Virus record (IMG/VR): IMGVR_UViG_3300038629_000369
Length of the DNA: 20,000 bases
Origin: an uncultured virus (IMG/VR IMGVR_UViG_3300038629_000369)
Taxonomy: Duplodnaviria; Heunggongvirae; Uroviricota; Caudoviricetes
Strand: one strand, 5' to 3'
In this document: positions 7,989-14,387 of the stretch, one piece after another
Layout of the letters: every line of letters starts with the position of its first letter
Numbering within the stretch: position 1 is the stretch's first letter
Made by a program: the position numbers and the translations under genes
Notes under the pieces: generated by a model
Databases searched by the model: none
Told to the model about the DNA's origin: nothing
The model's input: the letters and a program-made list of their open reading frames with translations, nothing else

Positions 7989-8288
7989 TCAACGGGCATC
8001 CGCCAGGGTGCATGACGCATCTGCCATAAGGAGGCGCTCTCTTAGCGCAACGCGAGCCCGTCAACGGGTGTCCGCGAGGGTGCATGACGCATCCGAACAA
8101 CCCACAAGCGAAAGGTGGACCCCATGGTCGCCCCCATCGCAACCGCACGGCCTTCCCTGGAGGGTGCGCGAGCTTAACGGGCGCTACACGTAACCAAAGT
8201 GCGGTAGGCCGCACAAGGCAGAGGGCTTTCGAGCCCCCTCACGGGGATCCGCTGACTGCAACGGGTCTCCGTGAGGGCGCACGACGGG
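7989..8288 (+). promoter_or_regulatory. Three variant motif copies (7989-8019, 8061-8091, 8258-8288) in a structured non-coding stretch
   Basis: TCAACGGGCATCCGCC AGGGT GCAT GACGC|ATC; TCAACGGGTGTCCGCG AGGGT GCAT GACGC|ATC; GCAACGGGTCTCCGTG AGGGC GCAC. Confidence 0.55.
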
Positions 8289-8443
8289 AGGAATACACTT
8301 CCTGCCCCCGATCGTCTGCAACAACCACTTGCGCCATGCCGCTTAGCCGCGGCCGCTGGCGTAGAGATGTGAGCTGGACGTACCGGGGTGTCAAAGTGAC
8401 AACGGCCGTCGTGCGTCCTGCTTTTTTGGAAAGGACAACTCCA

Positions 8444-8692
8444 TTGCAACACACACAAATCCGACCGGGCGTCGTGAAACGCTCCCGGATCGTCACGGCG
8501 CTTCGGCGCGACGCGCGTGAGCGCGGCGTCGAGCTGGTATTCGACAGCCTCTGCTGGATCGTCTGGTATCGGTTCGCCGGCCGCAAGGTCAAGGCGGACA
8601 CCTACCGCTGCCCGCATACCGCACGAGCGGCCGCGAGCAAGCTCAACACCCTGCCCGCGCTGGATGCGTGGGTCACACGCTCCACCCGGTAA
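8444..8692 (+). CDS. Small basic hypothetical protein, about 82 aa
   Basis: TTG at 8444 after GGAAAGGA; 3' part of track ORF 8084..8692; start uncertain. Confidence 0.55.
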   Translation: MQHTQIRPGVVKRSRIVTALRRDARERGVELVFDSLCWIVWYRFAGRKVKADTYRCPHTARAAASKLNTLPALDAWVTRSTR

Positions 8693-8792
8693 CAACCGGC
8701 CAACAATCCAAACAACGGAGGTCCACCATTCGTTAGGTCTCGTGGGGACATACGGGCGCGCTGCCCCGCTTAAATAACCGGCGCGTCCACAC

Positions 8793-8880
8793 CGCACGTC
8801 TCGCCAATAAGGCTCCGGGTAGGAGCGCCTGAACAGGGTCGGCGAGGCTCGACAGGGTTCGACTCCCTGGCGTGCGACCA
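8793..8880 (+). ncRNA. tRNA-like RNA A (acceptor stem, T-arm, encoded CCA; no canonical anticodon arm)
   Basis: CGCACGT/GCGTGCG 7-bp stem, discriminator A plus CCA, T-arm CAGGG-TTCGACT-CCCTG. Confidence 0.65.
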
Positions 8881-9009
8881 TTCGTGTGCTCAAGCAGGGG
8901 CATGAGGACCGTGGGGAGACACCACCGGCTAAGAGAGGCCAGTGTCGGCCAGACCTCCGCTAGTGCTCCACGTGCAGGTTCGATTCCTGCCCCCGCTTGA
9001 GCACACGAA
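8881..9009 (+). ncRNA. tRNA-like RNA B (T-arm on a 19-bp closing stem with one bulge)
   Basis: TTCGTGTGCTCAAGC(A)GGGG pairs with CCCCGCTTGAGCACACGAA; T-arm GCAGG-TTCGATT-CCTGC at 8974-8990. Confidence 0.6.
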
Positions 9010-9051
9010 CAAAACACGCTAATCTCAAAACCTCAAAAAAAGGGGAACACC

Positions 9052-9225
9052 ATGTCGGTCACTGATCTGGCCGCGCTCGTATCGTCGATTCCGACGCATA
9101 CGGATGCGTGGCTTGCGTCACTGCACCCGAACATGGCGGGCGTCGACAGCATTGCGCTGTTCTGCGTCGCCGTGATCTCATTGCTAGGCTCGCGAGCAAT
9201 CGCGGGACGGAACTACAACCCATAG
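9052..9225 (+). CDS. Small membrane protein, 57 aa (below the ORF-track cutoff)
   Basis: RBS AAAGGGGA; hydrophobic SIALFCVAVISLLG segment. Confidence 0.65.
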   Translation: MSVTDLAALVSSIPTHTDAWLASLHPNMAGVDSIALFCVAVISLLGSRAIAGRNYNP

Positions 9226-9270
9226 CGACCTGCGTCCAGCCTTCGGCTGGGCGCCTCGCTGGATGCTGTG

Positions 9271-9301
9271 GCAACGGGCAACCGCGACGCAGCATCGAGC
9301 G
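9271..9301 (+). promoter_or_regulatory. Repeated promoter-like motif copy, enclosed by a 19-bp inverted repeat (9252-9306)
   Basis: GCAACGGGCAACCGCG ACGCA GCAT CGAGC|GAG. Confidence 0.7.
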
Positions 9302-9352
9302 AGGCGAGGCAATCCTGCCACGTCTCAGTTTCCGGAAAGGGGAACAGTAACC

Positions 9353-10480
9353 ATGACAAGTCATGTCACGCTGGAGACTCCAGCAGAGACACGCGACCGC
9401 TGCAAAGCGCACGGTGCCGAGTGGCTCGGCGATCGGCTGTCCTTTCGACAGGCGGGCGCTAGCTACAAGCGCAACGTGGTCCGCGGCGTCTTCGATGCTC
9501 ACGGCTACGGCAAGCATCTGCCTGCGGAGCCCAAGCCCGAGGCACAGCTCAAGCGAGCGGGCCGCGAGGGCCGCACGCCCAAGGGCTACATCACGCGACC
9601 GTTCGTGTCGCACAACCCCGACACGCCCATGGCGATCCATATCACCAAGGTCAGCGGCTCGGATGAGACCGGCGACAGCTACGACTGCCGCGCTCGGGTG
9701 CGCATCGCGCACCGTCTCGACCCCGTCACCGGGCTTGCGGAGCCGTTCGCGGTGGCCAAGCCCCCCGAGGGCCAGACCGAATTCACGGACCTCACGGCCC
9801 GCGACCGGGCCATCTGGATTGCCAATCATTGCAACGTGTTGTTGCACGAAGCGCAGAACAAGGATCTGGGTCTCTGGATCCGCTCGGTCTACACCGGCGT
9901 AGGCGCTGCTCAAGCGCTCGGCGGTGGAAACAACTACTGGGTGCCATCGGTCCTCTGCGACTCGATGCACGCCCTCATGGTGGACCTGGCCACACGGTTC
10001 GGCGTCCACTACGAACGCGACCCCAAGACCACCTTGGGAGCCCCGCACACCAAAGCGCTGTTCGCTCAAGCGGCCCAGCGCTCGCTGAGTGAGAGCGTGG
10101 CCGAAATGCGGGACGAGCTGCTCACCGCCGTCGAAAAGAGCGGTGGCAAGCGCAAGCGCAACGCCAGCAACCAGCACCAGCTCGACCGGCTCGAATCGCT
10201 GGGCGACAATATCGTGATGTGGAAAGACATCGTCGCTGAGCAGATCACCGGGCCCATGGCCGAGGTGTGCGAGCTGTATCGACAGCACTTCAACACGCTG
10301 ATCGACGGCGGCGAGGTCAAGCTCGACGACGACGACGGCGACGAGGGCGGCAACGCGCCGCCCGCGCCCAGCAGCGAGGGCTTCGCCCCCGCCAGCGAGC
10401 CGCCCGCGCAAGCGAGCGGCGAAGCGGTGCTCGCCGCGGCCGCCGCGGGCGACCCCGACCTCGACTGGCTCAACTGCTGA
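9353..10480 (+). CDS. Hypothetical phage protein, 375 aa, acidic low-complexity tail; possibly DUF6744/DUF3150-like
   Basis: ATG after GGAAAGGGG; strong GC3 bias; the GGGNNYWVP segment recalls that family (weak). Confidence 0.8.
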   Translation: MTSHVTLETPAETRDRCKAHGAEWLGDRLSFRQAGASYKRNVVRGVFDAHGYGKHLPAEPKPEAQLKRAGREGRTPKGYITRPFVSHNPDTPMAIHITKVSGSDETGDSYDCRARVRIAHRLDPVTGLAEPFAVAKPPEGQTEFTDLTARDRAIWIANHCNVLLHEAQNKDLGLWIRSVYTGVGAAQALGGGNNYWVPSVLCDSMHALMVDLATRFGVHYERDPKTTLGAPHTKALFAQAAQRSLSESVAEMRDELLTAVEKSGGKRKRNASNQHQLDRLESLGDNIVMWKDIVAEQITGPMAEVCELYRQHFNTLIDGGEVKLDDDDGDEGGNAPPAPSSEGFAPASEPPAQASGEAVLAAAAAGDPDLDWLNC

Positions 10481-10492
10481 GCCATCCCGATT

Positions 10493-10522
10493 CCCCAGCG
10501 CGCCGCTCGCGGTGCGCTGGGG
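10493..10522 (+). terminator. GC-rich 13-bp hairpin after the 375-aa gene (no U tract)
   Basis: CCCCAGCGCGCCG-CTCG-CGGTGCGCTGGGG. Confidence 0.4.
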
Positions 10523-10612
10523 CGTCTAAGAGTGCCGTCAAGCGGCCCTTTCCGTCACGTGTGTTGTGTCTACTTTCTGCTTTCCGCAACCGCTTGACGG
10601 CACCCTTAGACG
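10523..10612. repeat. 23-bp inverted repeat (1 mismatch) around a 44-nt spacer
   Basis: CGTCTAAGAGTGCCGTCAAGCGG ... CCGCTTGACGGCACCCTTAGACG. Confidence 0.9.
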
Positions 10613-10644
10613 TTCAAACCATCACCCCGAAAGCACCAATCGCA

Positions 10645-10821
10645 ATGTGTCAATGGATCGGCTGGACCCGCGGCTACGTGGGGCACGCATGGCTCAACGG
10701 AGAGCTGAGCACAGCAGAGCTGCACGACCACTGCACCGGTTTCGAGTACCTGCGCGCACAGCATGACCGCTATGTGGAACGGCTCGTGTCGCGCTACGAC
10801 CGAAGGGACATATCGAGATGA
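10645..10821 (+). CDS. Hypothetical protein, 58 aa
   Basis: ATG at 10645; stop overlaps the next ATG (ATGA); weak RBS. Confidence 0.5.
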   Translation: MCQWIGWTRGYVGHAWLNGELSTAELHDHCTGFEYLRAQHDRYVERLVSRYDRRDISR

Positions 10822-11051
10822 GCAAGAAAATTCTGCATACCCAGCTACTGGGGCGCCGCGTCAAGTTCGACGACGGTATCAACGACAAGATCGCCGGCGA
10901 GACGGCTACCATCCGGTCGGTCTTTATCGATCGTGAAAGCGGCGATCCGATCTACAGCGTCGAGTTGGATGACGGGCGACTATTCGAGGGAGCCACGTCG
11001 ACATTCTTCACCCTGTTACAAGAGCAGCTCGACGATGAGGTATCGCGATGA
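10818..11051 (+). CDS. Small protein, possible SH3-like beta-barrel, 77 aa
   Basis: RBS GAAGGGA; LGRRVKF...G...YSVELDDG pattern. Confidence 0.75.
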   Translation: MSKKILHTQLLGRRVKFDDGINDKIAGETATIRSVFIDRESGDPIYSVELDDGRLFEGATSTFFTLLQEQLDDEVSR

Positions 11052-11335
11052 GCGACAACCTCATGACCGAGCGCATCTACATGGCCATCGGTGGCCACGG
11101 CTGGGGCAAGGGCCTTAGCGCCGACGAGGCGAAGCGCCAGGCGCGCCAGCGCGCAAAGCGCGGCACCCGCTTGCGCGTCTACCGGCTGCCACGTGGCGCG
11201 CACAGCGCCTACGTTAACGAGATGGGTGACCTGCGCTGGCTTTTTCAGGACGGCGCCGACACCGAGGCTCAGGCCGAATTGGTGGAGCCCCGGCCGCGAG
11301 TGCAACGGGCAACCGCGACGGAGCATGGGGCATGA
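11048..11335 (+). CDS. Hypothetical protein, 95 aa
   Basis: GAGG RBS; ATGA coupling at both ends. Confidence 0.75.
   Translation: MSDNLMTERIYMAIGGHGWGKGLSADEAKRQARQRAKRGTRLRVYRLPRGAHSAYVNEMGDLRWLFQDGADTEAQAELVEPRPRVQRATATEHGA
11302..11332 (+). promoter_or_regulatory. Repeated promoter-like motif copy (predicted +1 is the A of ATG 11332)
   Basis: GCAACGGGCAACCGCG ACGGA GCAT GGGGC|ATG. Confidence 0.7.
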
Positions 11336-11529
11336 CCACTATCGAGCTGACCGCCGACGAGCTGCACGTCATCACGGGCGCGCTGCGCGTGGCCGGCACG
11401 CAGTACGACAGGGACGCAAAAGATATGCGCTTCAGTGTCCCCGTTAACGAGCGGCTAGTGGAACAATTCGACCGCCAAGCGAGCGACGCGCGGCAGCTTC
11501 TCGAACGACTGGAGAATCTCGATGACTGA
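11332..11529 (+). CDS. Small helical hypothetical protein, 65 aa
   Basis: Coupled to both neighbours. Confidence 0.7.
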   Translation: MTTIELTADELHVITGALRVAGTQYDRDAKDMRFSVPVNERLVEQFDRQASDARQLLERLENLDD

Positions 11530-12166
11530 ACTACTCGACTGGGGACTGCGACACGCGGTGCCCAAGCACGCACCCGTCGCGTGGGGCGCTCGCGCCATCA
11601 TCCACGACGGCGGACAGACCTTTGAGCTGCTGGGCGACCGCCAGCAGATGGTTGGGGCGCCCGCGCTCCGCAAGGCACTGGGTCGCGCCATGAACGGCGC
11701 CGATGGCAAGCAGGACGGCTACCTCGCGAAAGCGCAGGCCGAGTACCGCGAACTGTCACTGTTCGGCGGGCTGCGCTGGAGCAGCGAGGGTGAGGTGCAG
11801 CTCGTGCACGACCACCACGTGTGCATCCAGGCCGACCCCCGCGGCAGTTTTGGATACCTGTACGTCGCCGCGTGGTTCGACGCTGACGACATCGACACGA
11901 GCGACGCTGTTTGCTACGGCACCGAGGGCTACGGCGACGACGCCACGCCCCTCAAGTGGTCGCACAGCGAGCCGCCGCCAGCGATCGGCGAAGACCGAGA
12001 CTTCGGGCTGCGCGTCGGTCGCGCCACCGTGGTGGGCTACCGCGAGACACACGGCTTCCTGATGGCGCTCGTGGTTCCCTACGAGGCTTTCTGTAATCCC
12101 GACCGCTTGCCCGTCGTGGCCGTCTACGGCTGCGACATCGTCGAGCCTGAAAGCGAGGCATCCTGA
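11522..12166 (+). CDS. CbeA/YeeU (YagB/YfjZ)-like type IV antitoxin domain plus a C-terminal extension of about 95 aa
   Basis: WGL...WGARAI...LLGDR...G and IQADPRGSFGYLYVAAW align by eye with YeeU WGL...FGARLV...LADR...G and CEADTLxSCGYVYLAVY. Confidence 0.7.
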   Translation: MTELLDWGLRHAVPKHAPVAWGARAIIHDGGQTFELLGDRQQMVGAPALRKALGRAMNGADGKQDGYLAKAQAEYRELSLFGGLRWSSEGEVQLVHDHHVCIQADPRGSFGYLYVAAWFDADDIDTSDAVCYGTEGYGDDATPLKWSHSEPPPAIGEDRDFGLRVGRATVVGYRETHGFLMALVVPYEAFCNPDRLPVVAVYGCDIVEPESEAS

Positions 12167-12620
12167 TGAGCTGGAACAAGCTAGTCGAAAACCTGCGCAG
12201 GCTCATCGTTGCGCGTGTCGAAGAACGCGACCTGGACCTCAACACGGTGCTGAGCATCGTGCAAAGCGCTGAGATGAGAAACGTCATGGTGGACGCCACG
12301 GAGGAATACCAACGCCTCTGCGCGACCGACATCGTGAAGAAGCTGGCGCACGTGGCTGAGCAGAAGCGCTGCGCGTGGATGCGCTCCGAGCTGGCAAGCG
12401 CCGCCGACTACTGCGGCAACGCGCTCCAAGCGTGGCAGTGGCACGAGGACGAAGCGCAGCGCAAGCTCGCGCTGGGCGAGTGCTTGTGCTGCGCGGCCGT
12501 GGCCGCGCACACCGAGGCCCGCTACGAGCGCTGCCCCGAGTGCGGCAAAACGCAACCGGAGCCGAATCCGGACGACGCGCCGCATCCCCCCAACGACCTA
12601 GAAAGTGAGGCATCCTGATG
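12149..12620. repeat. 20-bp direct repeat GAAAG(C/T)GAGGCATCCTGATG at 12149-12168 and 12601-12620
   Basis: 19/20 identical; two consecutive proteins both end in ESEAS. Confidence 0.9.
12166..12618 (+). CDS. Hypothetical protein with C-terminal Zn ribbon, 150 aa
   Basis: CLCC...CPECG; TGATG coupling at both ends. Confidence 0.75.
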   Translation: MSWNKLVENLRRLIVARVEERDLDLNTVLSIVQSAEMRNVMVDATEEYQRLCATDIVKKLAHVAEQKRCAWMRSELASAADYCGNALQAWQWHEDEAQRKLALGECLCCAAVAAHTEARYERCPECGKTQPEPNPDDAPHPPNDLESEAS

Positions 12621-12947
12621 GCTGTAATCATCTACCCCAACGGTAGCGACGCGCCCATGGCGCCGCCTGCGAACGGCAAGAGCTACACGCTCGCCGAGAT
12701 GTACGCCGCCATCGGTTGCGACATGGTGCAATCCGTGCGCATTACCAACGACGACGTGCTGCTCATGGACGAGGAAGCGAAGCTGCCCCGCAACGGGCAA
12801 CCGCGGCCCAGCGTCAACGTGAGAGCGACCGGCATGGCCAGCGGCGTGCTGCGCTTCGGCGACAAGATCATCGGCACCGTAGTGCACGTCCGGCTCACTG
12901 AGTCCGGCGACTGGGTGCCGCTCACAAAGGAAGGGACATCCGAATGA
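12618..12947 (+). CDS. DUF3846-like phage protein, 109 aa
   Basis: TLAEMYAAIGC..VQ.V...LLMDEEAKL...NVRAT...IIGTVV pattern. Confidence 0.75.
   Translation: MAVIIYPNGSDAPMAPPANGKSYTLAEMYAAIGCDMVQSVRITNDDVLLMDEEAKLPRNGQPRPSVNVRATGMASGVLRFGDKIIGTVVHVRLTESGDWVPLTKEGTSE
12790..12820 (+). promoter_or_regulatory. Repeated promoter-like motif copy (intragenic)
   Basis: Exact GCAACGGGCAACCGCG then GCCCA GCGT. Confidence 0.55.
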
Positions 12948-13825
12948 CTGATCAACAACAGGCGCAGGCTGCCGACGACGCAGCGCCCAAGGGTCCACCG
13001 TTCAAGGTGGAGGCCAAGCTGTGGCACTACAGCGAGACCACCGACGACCGCCGCAACAAGCAGTATTACCGGCGCGTGCGGTTCGGCGTGAACATTCTCA
13101 TTCGAGACTATGGCGCACAGCGCAAGCTCGACGACCGGGTGCACTGGCAGACGGAGAGCGTGCGCTCGCCGCTCGGATACGCCCGTGACGCGCTCGACAA
13201 GGCGATGGCAGAGTGCCCGTGGCCGGTGCGCGTCAAGGAGTCCACCTACCACGGTGGCTCCAGCCGCCTGACCGAGCGGGAGCGCACCGCGTGCGATGAT
13301 GAATACGAATACAGTATCGGTTATGCGTTCGTGGCTACGTTCCACGCGCCCAAGCCGAGCAAGATCCCGTCCGAGGAATACTGCATGGCGGCACTCGGCG
13401 ACGCGGATAACCTGGGCCCCTTCATGGCTGAGGCCATGGAGCGTGGCTTCGAGACGGCGCGCGAAGAAAAGCGCGCCTACGAGCGTGCTCGCATCGCGAG
13501 TCTCATGGTGGTCGACTACGCCGAGCGCGTGGACGATCGTGCATTGAAAAACGTACGTTTCGAGCAGCGCTACGCAGCGCTCGTCGCCGAGTACAAAGCA
13601 GAGCTGGAAGTTCAGACGGCTGAGCTTCTCACCGAGCTGGGCGCGGAGCACGGGATGACGTGGAGCGACGCGCCCGACTACGTGCCCGACGAACGCAGCA
13701 CCAGCGCTGCAAAGGCGACGCTACCGAAGCTCATCGCCAACAAGAACTCGCCGGCCGAGCGCGGAGGCTTCTTCCACAGCGCCGGGCAGAGCAAGATGGC
13801 CGTCGACATCGAGGACGTGCGCTAA
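12944..13825 (+). CDS. Hypothetical protein, 293 aa
   Basis: RBS AAGGAAGGGA, ATGA coupling, GC3 bias. Confidence 0.8.
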   Translation: MTDQQQAQAADDAAPKGPPFKVEAKLWHYSETTDDRRNKQYYRRVRFGVNILIRDYGAQRKLDDRVHWQTESVRSPLGYARDALDKAMAECPWPVRVKESTYHGGSSRLTERERTACDDEYEYSIGYAFVATFHAPKPSKIPSEEYCMAALGDADNLGPFMAEAMERGFETAREEKRAYERARIASLMVVDYAERVDDRALKNVRFEQRYAALVAEYKAELEVQTAELLTELGAEHGMTWSDAPDYVPDERSTSAAKATLPKLIANKNSPAERGGFFHSAGQSKMAVDIEDVR

Positions 13826-14173
13826 ATGCTTCCGGGTTGGCAAGCCGAGCGATGGGGCTACCAGCGCCAGGACGGCCAAGCCAAAGTGGAGACCCATGGC
13901 CCCCACGGCGGCCGCTGGGCCGTGTATGTGCTGTATGGCATCGACTGGCGCCTCGTGAAGCGGAACATCAAAGGCGAGGACAGGGCCATGACCATGGCCG
14001 ACGCAGCGCTGGACGACCGGCGCCCAGCGCGCCCGCTAAACCCAGGCAATCGAGAAACCTGCGATAACTGCGGCGGTGAGTTTGTGCTCGACGACGCAGC
14101 CAGCGGCCGCGAGCGCGCATTCAACCTCAACGGCACGGTGCACGTGTGCGCCGACTTCTACAAGGACTGGTAA
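13826..14173 (+). CDS. Hypothetical protein with C-terminal CxxC...HxC motif, 115 aa
   Basis: TAAATG abutting junctions at both ends. Confidence 0.7.
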   Translation: MLPGWQAERWGYQRQDGQAKVETHGPHGGRWAVYVLYGIDWRLVKRNIKGEDRAMTMADAALDDRRPARPLNPGNRETCDNCGGEFVLDDAASGRERAFNLNGTVHVCADFYKDW

Positions 14174-14386
14174 ATGCAGACATACAAAATCATGCGTTAC
14201 TTCTTCGAGGGCCATTGTCCGGAGATTGTCCACACCGGCCTGACGCTGGACGAAGCGCAAGAGCACTGCAACAATCCCGAGACGGACAGCACGACCTGCA
14301 CCAGCGCGACGGCCCGCCAGTTGGCTGTGAAGCGCGGGCGGTGGTTCGACGGTTACGTGACGGAGATCGCGCGAGAGGGGATCTAA
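14174..14386 (+). CDS. Conserved small phage protein, 70 aa (YKIxR...GLTLDEAQEHC..PET...WFDGY)
   Basis: AAGGA RBS; motif typical of a widespread small phage family. Confidence 0.8.
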   Translation: MQTYKIMRYFFEGHCPEIVHTGLTLDEAQEHCNNPETDSTTCTSATARQLAVKRGRWFDGYVTEIAREGI

Positions 14387-14387
14387 A

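Noticed and set aside
8174..8893. 239-aa minus-strand ORF
   Set aside because: Opposes the local gene direction, overlaps the tRNA-like element, and has Arg/Gly-rich non-coding composition.
8881..8960. HDV-like (theta) ribozyme 3' of the tRNA-like element
   Set aside because: GGCTAAG resembles J4/2, but the P1-P3 nested pseudoknot could not be assembled.
8793..9009. Canonical tRNA genes or tmRNA
   Set aside because: No 5-bp anticodon stem with a 7-nt loop could be folded. There is no G3-U70 Ala determinant, and the elements are too short for a tag reading frame.
9271..9301. Sigma54 promoter reading of the repeated motif
   Set aside because: GG-N10-GC fits this copy but is not conserved across the set, and TTGC is absent.
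9059..10411. 450-aa minus-strand ORF
   Set aside because: Antisense shadow of the GC3-biased 9353..10480 gene; no RBS or motifs.
10523..10612. True integron attC site
   Set aside because: Lacks the invariant AAC/GTT triplets and extrahelical bases; no integrase in the window.
12683..13651. 322-aa minus-strand ORF, and similar long antisense ORFs (501..1190, 955..1764, 3031..3831)
   Set aside because: Shadows of coupled genes on the opposite strand, expected at high GC.
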